A DNA stretch of 64,000 nt from Calditrichaceae bacterium (GCA_050173015.1 JBFXLE010000022.1:8119-72118), one strand, 5' to 3'; numbered from the stretch's first letter, positions 53,434-62,507 are shown. Numbers and translations: made by a program. Notes: a model not told the origin generated them from the sequence alone.

Positions 53434-53980
53434 AAAACCGATTCTAGCTATAAAAATCCGTGTCCCGCTAATCCCACGATTCAAATCGTGGGTTATTAGC
53501 AGCAACAGGATGGGCCTATTAACCCATGACTTTAGTCATGGGGCACTAAAAACCGATTCTAGCAATAAAACCGATTTATCGGTTTTTGTACGAAGATCAG
53601 TGTCCCGCTAATCCCACGATTCATCTCGTGGGTTATTAAAAGCAACAAGATGCGCCTACTAACCCAGGACTTCAGTCATGGGGCACTAGAATCCGATTCT
53701 AGCTATAAAAGTCCGTGTCCCGCTAATCCCACGATTCATCTCGTGGGTTATTAAAAGCAACAAGATGCGCCTACTAACCCAGGACTTCAGTCATGGGGCA
53801 CTAGAATCCGATTCTAGCTATAAAACCGATTTATCGGTTTTTGTACGAAGATCAGTGTCCCGCTAATCCCACGATTCAAATCGTGGGTTATTAGCAGCAA
53901 CAGGATGAGCCTATTAACCCATGACTTCAGTCATGGGGCACTTAAAACCGATTATAGCAATAAAACCGATTTATCGGTTT
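53434..53980. repeat. REP-like palindromic tandem array (four units, period 140/115/140 bp)
   Basis: Units start GTGTCCCGCTAATCCCACG at 53460, 53600, 53715, 53855; each holds hairpins CCCACGATTCAAATCGTGGG and CCCATGACTTYAGTCATGGG or variants; AAAACCGATTTATCGGTTT at 53567, 53822, 53962. Confidence 0.95.
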
Positions 53981-53996
53981 CACAAGGAGGAACAAT

Positions 53997-54440
53997 ATGT
54001 CAAAACGCTCACATTCAGCTTGTTATATTCATCTGATTTGGGGAGTAAAAGACAGAACACCCCTTTTAAGCTCGGATGAAGTTCGCAAGAAAATTAATCA
54101 CTATTTCCACAATTATTTAAGAGAGCTCGAAATAAGAGTTTTAGCCTTATACACCAATCCGGACCATGTGCATATTCTGATTGAACTGCCATTAAACAGA
54201 ACTATACAGGATATCGTGAAACTTATTAAAGGAAGTTCCTCACATTGGATCAACCAAAATGATATAATTTCCAGAAAATTTTCCTGGGCGGTTGGGTATG
54301 CTGTATTTACAGTATCCAAATACAATATTTACAAAGTGGTAAAATATATTTCAAAGCAGAAGGAACATCACAAGAAATTAACTTTTATTGATGAATACAG
54401 TAAGTTTATCGATTTGTATGGTAATTCCGCAAAAAGGTAA
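53997..54440 (+). mobile_element. tnpA: HUH Y1 transposase (IS200/IS605 TnpA-like, probably REP-associated)
   Basis: AAGGAGG RBS; HLIW.VKDR, DHVH (HUH), KGSSS.WIN, FSW..GY..FTVS, catalytic YI.KQ.EHH; no tnpB. Confidence 0.9.
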
Positions 54441-54488
54441 TCACGTCGATAAACTCTTCCTCTGATATCATCAGTTTGTCTTTACCAA

Positions 54489-54508
54489 CCTACGATTAAA
54501 GTTGTAGG
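54489..54508. repeat. Degenerate copy of the array palindrome downstream of tnpA
   Basis: CCTACGATTAAAGTTGTAGG, imperfect hairpin related to CCCACGATTCAAATCGTGGG. Confidence 0.5.
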
Positions 54509-54710
54509 ATAGGAATTTGAGTAAGGACATAAAATCTGGTATATAATTTAACAGAACATCTCAATTGTTTCTGAGACAGCTTCAGAATATTACATCAAAT
54601 TTTAAAAGGATACTCATTCCGCGTGCCTATTTAATACCTTCGGTCGGCATTATATTTAATATAGCTGAACTTTCAATGGAAAATTTATAATGCAGGCGTG
54701 ATACAATTTG

Positions 54711-54797
54711 CGGAGAGGGAGGGATTCGAACCCTCGGAGGCCTTGCGACCTCAACGGTTTTCGAGACCGCCCCGTTCAACCACTCCGGCACCTCTCC
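54711..54797 (-). tRNA. tRNA-Ser(CGA)
   Basis: GGAGAGG acceptor stem, GCGGT-CT-CGA-AA-ACCGT anticodon arm, long variable arm, GGTTCGAATCC; CCA not encoded. Confidence 0.95.
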
Positions 54798-54841
54798 AAC
54801 TGGCAGAAAAAAATAAGACTGATTTCAATAAAATGCAAAAT

Positions 54842-54868
54842 AAAAAAAGGCAGAATCTCATCTGCCTT
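54842..54868 (-). terminator. Intrinsic terminator after tRNA-Ser(GGA)
   Basis: AGGCAGA-N6-TCTGCCT plus T run on the minus strand; a TTGCAT-17-TATTTT promoter-like site precedes tRNA-Ser(CGA). Confidence 0.75.
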
Positions 54869-54871
54869 GCT

Positions 54872-54958
<87 letters not shown>

Positions 54959-54961
54959 GGC

Positions 54962-55426
54962 TCATTTTTTATTATTTCTAAGTGTCTGAAAAAACTCAAC
55001 CATCATATCAGCGCATTCCGCCTTCAAAATCCCAGGAATTACTTTTATCCGGTGATTTAATCTCGGATCATTCAAAAGATTAAACAAACTTGAATGCGCG
55101 CCTGTTTTAATATCCGGCACCCCATATACCACCTGCTTCAGCCTTGCCAGTACAGAAGCTCCGGCGCACATGGCGCAGGGCTCAACCGTCACATAAAGGG
55201 TCGCCTCTCTCAGCCATTTGTCACTAATCGTGGCCGCAGCTGAAGTAATCGCGATCATTTCGGCGTGCGCGGTCGGATCATTTAATAACTCAACCTGGTT
55301 ATGACCTCTGCCGATCACTTTATTTTCAAGAACAATAACCGCCCCAACCGGCACATCTCCGGAACCCAATGCCTTGCGCGCTTCCTTAAGAGCTTCTTTC
55401 ATAAAGGATTCGTGGATTTTGCGCAA
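54962..55426 (-). CDS. tadA: tRNA adenosine(34) deaminase TadA
   Basis: VPVGAV, DPTAHAE, LYVTVEPCAMCAGA, LNH; TTG 55426 with AAGGA RBS (alternative ATG 55402). Confidence 0.92.
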   Translation of the reverse strand: MRKIHESFMKEALKEARKALGSGDVPVGAVIVLENKVIGRGHNQVELLNDPTAHAEMIAITSAAATISDKWLREATLYVTVEPCAMCAGASVLARLKQVVYGVPDIKTGAHSSLFNLLNDPRLNHRIKVIPGILKAECADMMVEFFQTLRNNKK

Positions 55427-55456
55427 ATGTGTGTCCTTTGAAGCGATATAAACTTG

Positions 55457-55529
55457 TAGCGCGTACGGGATTCGAACCCGTGTTACCGGCGTGAGAGGCC
55501 AGCGTCCTAAACCACTAGACGAACGCGCC
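55457..55529 (-). tRNA. tRNA-Glu(CTC)
   Basis: CTGGC-CT-CTC-AC-GCCGG anticodon arm; GGTTCGAATCC. Confidence 0.95.
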
Positions 55530-55572
55530 AATGAACCATCAAAAAAATACCCCTGTTCGAAGGGGTTATAAG

Positions 55573-55646
55573 TACGCCCGGGAGGAGTCGAACCCCCAAC
55601 CTTTTGGTCCGTAGCCAAACGCTCTATCCAATTGAGCTACGGGCGC
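55573..55646 (-). tRNA. tRNA-Arg(ACG)
   Basis: TTTGG-CT-ACG-GA-CCAAA anticodon arm; TAGCTCAATTGGATAGAGC D arm. Confidence 0.95.
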
Positions 55647-55664
55647 ATCCTTGATCAATAACAG

Positions 55665-55735
55665 CTGCGGGACAGGGATTCGAACCCCGGTTACCTGGGC
55701 CAGAACCAGGCGTCCTGCCGCTAGACGATCCCGCA
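55665..55735 (-). tRNA. tRNA-Gln(CTG)
   Basis: CCTGG-TT-CTG-GC-CCAGG anticodon arm; U1-A72 first pair. Confidence 0.95.
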
Positions 55736-55791
55736 AATTCATTAAACAATCAAATCGCCATGTTTGAATGTTCATCAAAAATAAGAGCAGT

Positions 55792-55820
55792 AATATACAG
55801 TTCGATAAAATAAATGTCAA
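55792..55820 (-). promoter_or_regulatory. Sigma70-type promoter of the tRNA cluster
   Basis: TTGACA-N17-TATATT. Confidence 0.8.
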
Positions 55821-55836
55821 GGAAGTTTTAGGGAAT

Positions 55837-56043
55837 TTACCTTGCTAATCTTACATTTACGGCCCGCTCACCTTTCATGTCGCTCCGGACATCAAATTTC
55901 ACCTGCTGACCTTCAATTAATCGTTTATTTGGAATCGAAGGATGCAGATCACCGGCATTTACAAATAAATCATCCCCGTCCTCACTTACAATAAATCCAA
56001 ATCCCTTTTGACTGTCCCACATTTTAACTTTACCCGTTTGCAT
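55837..56043 (-). CDS. Cold-shock domain protein
   Basis: GKVKMWDSQKGFGFI, DLFV, EGQQVKF. Confidence 0.9.
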   Translation of the reverse strand: MQTGKVKMWDSQKGFGFIVSEDGDDLFVNAGDLHPSIPNKRLIEGQQVKFDVRSDMKGERAVNVRLAR

Positions 56044-56118
56044 TGGCCCACCATTCTTTACTTACACATCAATTAATTTTAACTATCCTGCCTCATCCGG
56101 TTCCATACCGCATCCCTT

Positions 56119-56865
56119 TTATTGGCTTAATCCGCTGATTAATAAATTTAACGCCGGAATAAGTAAGATTATGGCAATAACACGATTAAATTTTTGCTCA
56201 TTCACTATCTGCTGAAAATAATTTCCGATGAATAACCCAAGGAGAAGAAGCAATCCCATAACTCCTAAATCAACGGCGGCAATTTCTAATTTTATCGAAT
56301 GCCAGCGGTATAAAAAAAATCTCCAGGCGGCGCCGAACATAAAGATGGCGATGAGCTGATCCCTGAAATATTCCTTTTTGTAAATCAATTTCATGTAGAT
56401 GATAAGCACGGGTCCGGTCATTCCAATCAGCCCGCCTGTGAATCCGGCTGTTATCGCCACCGGTACTTTAAGCCACTTCAGCATCCTATTGGGTTTTAAG
56501 TCACCGGTTGAATTATTTTTATAAAATATCAGAATCGATATAAAGATTAGCAAACCGACAGCGATAGATAGTTTTAATGTTTGAGGGGTAAACGATTTCA
56601 TCAGAAGCGTCCCTGCCCAGGCTCCGAGATACAGAAAGAATGTAACAGGAACAACAAACTTCCAGTCGATACGCTTATATACTGACAAAAAGAGGATCGG
56701 ACCCGCGATTAAATCAAACAGAGCAGCCGTTGATATGGCGGTTTCCGGATCATAGATCAGTGAAAAGACCGGAATAAGCACAAGCGCCGGGCCAAAACCG
56801 GAAAATCCCTTTACAAAATACGCCAGAATCACGACCAGCAGAGCTATTATCTGGTAAATATCCAA
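56119..56865 (-). CDS. TSUP (TauE/SafE) family permease
   Basis: KGFSGFG, GFTGGLIGMTGP; polytopic. Confidence 0.85.
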   Translation of the reverse strand: MDIYQIIALLVVILAYFVKGFSGFGPALVLIPVFSLIYDPETAISTAALFDLIAGPILFLSVYKRIDWKFVVPVTFFLYLGAWAGTLLMKSFTPQTLKLSIAVGLLIFISILIFYKNNSTGDLKPNRMLKWLKVPVAITAGFTGGLIGMTGPVLIIYMKLIYKKEYFRDQLIAIFMFGAAWRFFLYRWHSIKLEIAAVDLGVMGLLLLLGLFIGNYFQQIVNEQKFNRVIAIILLIPALNLLISGLSQ

Positions 56866-56879
56866 TTTAGTCCCTGCCG

Positions 56880-57965
56880 CTATTCAAGATCTAAATCTTT
56901 GTCAATAATATTTAATAAACCGGTCATGGCGGAAACTTCATCGGCAGGCGTCAGGATCCTGCGAATCTTGGTGGTATAGCGGAATTCCTCATCGGTCAAA
57001 AGCAGATCGTCTTTTCGTGTACCGGATTGGTTGATATTAATAGCGGGCCAGATTCTCTGCTCCGCGCATAGTTTTGAAAGCACGAGATCCATATTGCCGG
57101 TACCTTTAAATTCCTGGAAGATAATATCATCCATACGGCTGCCGGTATCCACCAGGATTGTCGCGAGAACCGTTAATGAACCGCCTGTTTCGATATTACG
57201 CGCCGCGCCAAAAAATCTTCTCGGCAAATCCAGAGCATTTGCGCCCAGGCCGCCCGTTAGAGTTTTGCTGAAACTGTTCGTCGCGTTATTGAACGCTCTT
57301 GACATTCTAGTGAGTGAATCGACCAAAACAACCACATCCCTGCCGAATTCAGCCAATCCCATCGCGCTGTTCATCGCCAGCCGGGTGATTCGCAGATGGC
57401 TTTCAACACTTTCATCGGCGGATGAAGAGACCACTTTTGCCTTTTCGACAGATCGTCTGAAATCCGTTACTTCTTCGGGACGTTCGTCCACAAGAAGAAT
57501 ATATACCTCAACGTCGGGATGATTTCTGGTGATGGCATGAGCGATATGTTTAAGAATTGTAGTCTTACCCGCTTTTGGTGGAGAAACGATCAGACCGCGC
57601 TGTCCCTTGCCGATCGGAACAATCAAATCAAGCGCCTTGCCCAGCCGGTCATGTTCGCCGAGCGTCATTGTCAGCCGCTCTGTCGGATTGACACTGACCT
57701 GTCTTTTAAAAGTTTCTATTTTCGAAATTTGATCGAGCGGGATCTGATTAACATTGATTATTTTTTCGATGCGGTTATTTTCTTTTCCGGAGTCATCATC
57801 TTGCCTTTCTCCTTCAATAAACGCGCCTTCCTTCAGGTTATATTTTTTTATCACATTCGCCGGGACGAAAATATCTCCCGATCCTGGCTGAAAATTGTTT
57901 TTTATGTCTCTTAAAAAACCGAAGCCTTTAGCCATCACTTCAAGATATCCGTTAATCTGATCCAC
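56880..57965 (-). CDS. rho: Transcription termination factor Rho, short form
   Basis: GFGFLR, PIGKGQRGLIVSPPKAGKT, DERPEEV, DSLTR, FFGAARNIE.GGSLT, EFKGTGN. Confidence 0.9.
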   Translation of the reverse strand: MDQINGYLEVMAKGFGFLRDIKNNFQPGSGDIFVPANVIKKYNLKEGAFIEGERQDDDSGKENNRIEKIINVNQIPLDQISKIETFKRQVSVNPTERLTMTLGEHDRLGKALDLIVPIGKGQRGLIVSPPKAGKTTILKHIAHAITRNHPDVEVYILLVDERPEEVTDFRRSVEKAKVVSSSADESVESHLRITRLAMNSAMGLAEFGRDVVVLVDSLTRMSRAFNNATNSFSKTLTGGLGANALDLPRRFFGAARNIETGGSLTVLATILVDTGSRMDDIIFQEFKGTGNMDLVLSKLCAEQRIWPAININQSGTRKDDLLLTDEEFRYTTKIRRILTPADEVSAMTGLLNIIDKDLDLE

Positions 57966-58000
57966 TGTCTTTTCCTTAATAATTAATTGTATTCTTTATC

Positions 58001-58963
58001 TCAGCCGATCAGCAACCGGCCATCTTTCATAAGTTCATGATCATCAACAAAAACCGTTGCCTTTGTGACAACTCCGTCGATGTGTATGCCGACACCATGG
58101 GTACCGCCCATGCTAATATTATTTCCAAACGCCACATGAATTGTTCCCATGGCTTTTTCATCCTCGAGAATCATGCCTGTGATCCGGGCTTCATGATTTG
58201 TACCGATTCCCAATTCGGCCACATTCATACCCGGTTTACCAAAAGCGTTTAGTTGTTTGAATAATTCCCGCGCCTCAGGACCGCCGTCAATAGACTCCGC
58301 GTAACCGTCGCGAATGGTGACTTTGACCGGTCTGGATGTTATTTTTCCTATGCCGGCAAGCGCCGCGTCAATATATAGAACTCCATTCGACTTTCCCTCT
58401 TCCGGCATGAGAAATGACTCCCCGCTCGGTAAATTTCCACCCTGCCCCTGATCGCGGATTAAACCGGTGGAGGATATGGCTTTTATTCCGTTAATCGGCA
58501 TGGTTAAATCTGTTCCCAGAGGCGTGGTTATCTTTACGGTTTGCCCCTTATCCAGAATCTCTGATACTTTAAGTGTGCGTTCCGCTATAATGTTATAATC
58601 AGCTTTCAATGTGCGAATCATACAGTCTTCCGTAATCCCGGGCATGGTTGCCACTCTCGCGCCTTCCTTACATGCGTTTCTTCGGGCATTTGTATGGGTT
58701 AATGATTTGGTGGTCGGACAGACTACGACATTATATTTTTTCATCAAATCGGCAATTGACTCCGGCGGCTCCTGCCCGTTCACCTCAGCGGGCGGCATCA
58801 CAACAAGAAGAGCTTCTTTCGCGATATTTTTTCCTATCGAATACAGCGCCTGACCGATTTTTAATTTATTGTCATCTGTAACAATCAATAAAGTCTCTGT
58901 AGATTTAAGAGCCAGACTTGTCTCAAGAGCTGTTTGGGCGGCTATACCTAGGGCATCCTTCAT
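58001..58963 (-). CDS. Aminopeptidase T / M29-like thermophilic metalloprotease family protein
   Basis: GNLPSGE, NVAELGIGTN, EDEK..GTIHVAFGNN, HID; ATG 58963 with AGGAG RBS. Confidence 0.8.
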   Translation of the reverse strand: MKDALGIAAQTALETSLALKSTETLLIVTDDNKLKIGQALYSIGKNIAKEALLVVMPPAEVNGQEPPESIADLMKKYNVVVCPTTKSLTHTNARRNACKEGARVATMPGITEDCMIRTLKADYNIIAERTLKVSEILDKGQTVKITTPLGTDLTMPINGIKAISSTGLIRDQGQGGNLPSGESFLMPEEGKSNGVLYIDAALAGIGKITSRPVKVTIRDGYAESIDGGPEARELFKQLNAFGKPGMNVAELGIGTNHEARITGMILEDEKAMGTIHVAFGNNISMGGTHGVGIHIDGVVTKATVFVDDHELMKDGRLLIG

Positions 58964-59214
58964 AATATCTCCTTGTAAGGATTTAACGCGGTTTTCTAAT
59001 TTATTGCCGGATTCTCTCAATGGCACTGAGGGGAAATAGCACCTTTTTAAATTTACTTACTAATAAAACAAGCAACAATTCTAATTTTGTCCTGATCATT
59101 TCGCGAATAATCGTCTCGTCGGAATACGGCCCGATTGAAAATCCGGTTCATTATCAACAACTATGACATTTCCTGTTCGATTAATGTTACACTGTTATTA
59201 CATCGATAAACTTA

Positions 59215-59243
59215 TTGACCGTAGCATAAATTATCACTATGTT
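59215..59243 (+). promoter_or_regulatory. Candidate sigma70 promoter
   Basis: TTGACC-N17-TATGTT upstream of the 59282 gene. Confidence 0.5.
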
Positions 59244-59281
59244 GAATTGAAAGTATGAGACTTAATATATCCGGAGCATTC

Positions 59282-59506
59282 ATGTCCAGTATGATTTTAA
59301 TCAAAAATTTCCCGAACCGCGCGTTTGCTGAACAGGCCCGTGAAATATTGGAAAGAGACGGTATCATTTGTATTCTCAAATCGCCTGACGTTGGCATAAT
59401 AGGCACTTCGTCATCATCTATGCTCTATGGCGTTGACTTATATGTTGAAGAGCAAAACAAAGAACAGGCATACAATCTTCTGAACGCGCTGTTCAACGGA
59501 ATTTAA
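59282..59506 (+). CDS. DUF2007-like small protein (putative signal-transducing)
   Basis: AEQAREILERDGI, VDLYVEE...EQA pattern; GGAG RBS. Confidence 0.7.
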   Translation: MSSMILIKNFPNRAFAEQAREILERDGIICILKSPDVGIIGTSSSSMLYGVDLYVEEQNKEQAYNLLNALFNGI

Positions 59507-59542
59507 TGCAATACTAACTATATAAATTAAATCTACTATGAA

Positions 59543-60067
59543 TTATTTCTTATCCGATGATTTTTCTTTTTTTTCGTGAGATTCTTTTTCTTTTACCCAT
59601 TTATCATACAGTTCTTTTTCTTTGCTTTTTCTAAGCTCGACAGCAAGCTGGAAGGCTTCATCAGGCTCACGTTCTGACATTACATAAAACTTCTTTGATC
59701 TTGGCTTTCCGCTTTCACTCCAGGTTGCCTGAAAGTAGTGAACATCTCTTCCGCGTATTTTCGTTTTTACCTCATTTACGCCAACTATTCCACTTGTGTT
59801 GTTCTTAGGGGCGGCCTGATAAAAAGGTTTCCGCTTTAAACTCTTGTAATTTTTTCTATGCAGCTCCGCAACCATTTGATTATGATCGCGGAATTTCATC
59901 GCGTTTTCCAGAGCAATCTTCTTACTGCCGTATAATCTGTCGCTAAAGAGTTTGGATACGAACACTCCTCCGTTCGCGTAAACACGAACGTACCAGCCAT
60001 GCGTATGCTTGGAATCAATTCGACTGATTCCGGCAAACTTTTTGGATTTTTTTGAAGTTCTAGGCAT
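59543..60067 (-). CDS. Tandem AP2-domain DNA-binding protein
   Basis: GISRID..HGWYVRV..SKLFSDRLYG...AL..A..FRD and NNTSGIVGV...FQATW...KPRSKKF...AFQLAVELR. Confidence 0.75.
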   Translation of the reverse strand: MPRTSKKSKKFAGISRIDSKHTHGWYVRVYANGGVFVSKLFSDRLYGSKKIALENAMKFRDHNQMVAELHRKNYKSLKRKPFYQAAPKNNTSGIVGVNEVKTKIRGRDVHYFQATWSESGKPRSKKFYVMSEREPDEAFQLAVELRKSKEKELYDKWVKEKESHEKKEKSSDKK

Positions 60068-60412
60068 AGATTTAGTACCACTACTTTCTTTGACATGTGT
60101 TCCGGATTGAACAAATATACCCAAAATTGTTCTATTTGTTTCTATAGTCTTAATATTTATTAAAAACATATCAAGAACTATAAATGAACACGTAACTATT
60201 TGATTAAATTAAAACGAAATATACAAAATTTTTCACAAACATTCTACTAAAAAAAAAATGCCCGTTAATTGGGTAAAAGTACTGTTTGATTACCCCAAAT
60301 TCAAATCAAAGTTTATAATATTAAAAATGCTAATTAATTCTGCTTTCCGCGTCTGAATATATCAATAATTTCTCAGCATGAAGATCCAGACGCGTTGTTA
60401 TCATCTAACGTG

Positions 60413-61237
60413 TTAATCACCCGTAACTATTTCCATTTTATTATAGTCAAGTTCAGATCCCATCATGCTATGCGGAATCGAATAGATTAACAAGATCAGA
60501 ATGGCGGCCCCTATTACCCACCACTTGCCGGCGCGAATCCCCGCAAATCGTACTCTCCACAAAGCGGCGGCCCAGCCTAGTACTCCAATCAGTAATTTAT
60601 TATCCGTCAAATCATACCCAAAAGGAATACCCGTCCAGAAAGCTCCAAAAGCATATTTTTGAACAATCGGACCAAGAATCATGCCTCCTGCTATAAAAAA
60701 AAGTGTCGTGATAAAGGTGTACTTTAAAACCTTGTCGCTGAGAACCAAAGCTTCGAGGGCTGTCAGATTGGATAAAAACATCGCGACAAACATAAAAATG
60801 ATGTGCGGCGTCAGGACGCCCGGAGGCACGGGACCCTTAAATCTTATTATGACCGTTGATTTTTCAGGAATTGACTGCTTATTTCCATCCTCTTCCAGTG
60901 TGATATAATACTCGAGCTTTCCCGCAGGCGGTTGCTGCGGCAAAACAGCCGTGCGCTGATCATCGGACCACGTCTTCATTTCCAATTTGGTCCAGTCATC
61001 ATTTGTTTTGTACCGTTTATAGTGCAGGAACGCCTTCAGACTTTTGTCCGGAAGAGAGAGCGTAACTGTCTGGTCCTCAGTGCTTTCGTGACTTCTCGGC
61101 AGTCTGTAGGAAATGTCTTCATCTGCTACAGAAATCTTTCCTCTGAGAGGATATGACGGTCCCGTGGCGCGCTGATAAAAGGCGGCGCTTAAAGTGATAA
61201 TAATGGCCAATAACCAGCGAATGATCGGCTTCTTCAT
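60413..61237 (-). CDS. Hypothetical membrane protein
   Basis: N-terminal TM, QRATGPSYP, soluble domain with LPQQPPAGKLEY, several C-terminal TMs. Confidence 0.7.
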   Translation of the reverse strand: MKKPIIRWLLAIIITLSAAFYQRATGPSYPLRGKISVADEDISYRLPRSHESTEDQTVTLSLPDKSLKAFLHYKRYKTNDDWTKLEMKTWSDDQRTAVLPQQPPAGKLEYYITLEEDGNKQSIPEKSTVIIRFKGPVPPGVLTPHIIFMFVAMFLSNLTALEALVLSDKVLKYTFITTLFFIAGGMILGPIVQKYAFGAFWTGIPFGYDLTDNKLLIGVLGWAAALWRVRFAGIRAGKWWVIGAAILILLIYSIPHSMMGSELDYNKMEIVTGD

Positions 61238-61442
61238 TCTTTTTCTCCGTGTGAGTTTGAAAAATCAACAAATTCAAAAATAATTCTGACTAAAATACCG
61301 TTTAATTTCGATTAAATTATAAAAGAACTTTGGCAATATATGAAAATTTGTTAAATTCCGGCAACCATTTGTTATTGAATTATCGCAATCTCTATCCCCG
61401 CTTATCGCGAAAACGCGACGGGATATACAATCCGGAGAAATT

Positions 61443-62126
61443 ATGAAAATGCGTTCTGAACCGGTTTCAGGATTAATGGGCTTATTGTTCCGGGCCCACC
61501 CCTGGCATGGTGTTGACATCGGAGATGATGCTCCGGAAATAGTAAACACTTACATAGAAATGATACCTACCGACACCATCAAATACGAGCTGGATAAAAA
61601 ATCGGGCCTCTTAAAAGTAGACCGCCCGCAAAAATATTCTTCGATGCCACCGATGCTCTACGGACTTGTTCCAAAAACCTACTGCGGTGAGAACGTCGGG
61701 AAATACTGTTATGAAAAAACCGGTCGCAAAAACATTATGGGTGATAAAGATCCGCTTGATATTTGTGTTTTAACCGAACGGCCGATATCTCACAGCAATA
61801 TTCTTGTTCAGGCCGTGGTATTAGGCGGTTTCCGAATGATTGACAACAATGAAGCGGACGATAAGATTATCGCCTATCTCAAAGACGATCTTGTTTACAG
61901 CGAGTGGCATGATGTCACAGATGTTCCACAGAGGATGATTGAGCGGCTTAAGCATTATTTCCTGACATATAAAGATATTCCCGGTACCGAAGAACATAAT
62001 TCGGAAATTACCCATATTTACAATAAAGAAGAGGCCTTTGAAGTGATTCGCAGAAGCAGGAAGGATTACGATATTGAATTTTCCGGTCTTGAAGATTCGC
62101 TCAATGACGCCTTAAAAAACAGGTAA
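61443..62126 (+). CDS. ppa: Soluble inorganic pyrophosphatase (family I)
   Basis: HPWHG, KYELDK, YGLVP, GDKDPLDICV, DNNEADDKIIA, FLTYK. Confidence 0.92.
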   Translation: MKMRSEPVSGLMGLLFRAHPWHGVDIGDDAPEIVNTYIEMIPTDTIKYELDKKSGLLKVDRPQKYSSMPPMLYGLVPKTYCGENVGKYCYEKTGRKNIMGDKDPLDICVLTERPISHSNILVQAVVLGGFRMIDNNEADDKIIAYLKDDLVYSEWHDVTDVPQRMIERLKHYFLTYKDIPGTEEHNSEITHIYNKEEAFEVIRRSRKDYDIEFSGLEDSLNDALKNR

Positions 62127-62168
62127 AGTTGGTTGAGGAAATTTACCATTAATCATCGGGATTACAGA

Positions 62169-62507
62169 TCATCCGCCGATAAATTTAATCTTTAATCCTT
62201 TTTTCCCAAGATATTCGGCAATCTTATCACGATGATCACCCTGGATTTCAATGGTTCCGTTCTTCACACTGCCCCCCGCGCCGCAATGTTTCTGTAATTC
62301 CTTCTGAAGCGGTCTGAGATCTCCTTTCAGTCGGGAAACCACCGTCACGACCTTTCCCTTTCGACCTTTCCTGTCACGTTCGATATAGGCCGTCTGTGAT
62401 TTTGTAGAATTACCGGATGACTGATTCCCGGAATTTGTTTGTTCAGGGTCCTTTTTCCAATCCGGATCCGTCGAATATACCGTGCTATTGTTTTCCCTGC
62501 CGTCCAC
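62169..62507 (-). CDS. yciH: SUI1/YciH translation initiation factor family
   Basis: VYSTDP, RKGRKGKVVT, CGAGGSVK, IEIQGDHR. Confidence 0.9.
   Translation of the reverse strand: MDGRENNSTVYSTDPDWKKDPEQTNSGNQSSGNSTKSQTAYIERDRKGRKGKVVTVVSRLKGDLRPLQKELQKHCGAGGSVKNGTIEIQGDHRDKIAEYLGKKGLKIKFIGG

Noticed and set aside
53434-53980. CRISPR array
   Set aside because: Inter-palindrome segments are themselves repeated rather than unique spacers, the period is 115-140 bp, and there are no cas genes in the window
53300-54711. Integrative element inserted at the tRNA-Ser(CGA) 3' end
   Set aside because: No integrase, and no duplicated tRNA 3' end (att site) seen by eye in the window
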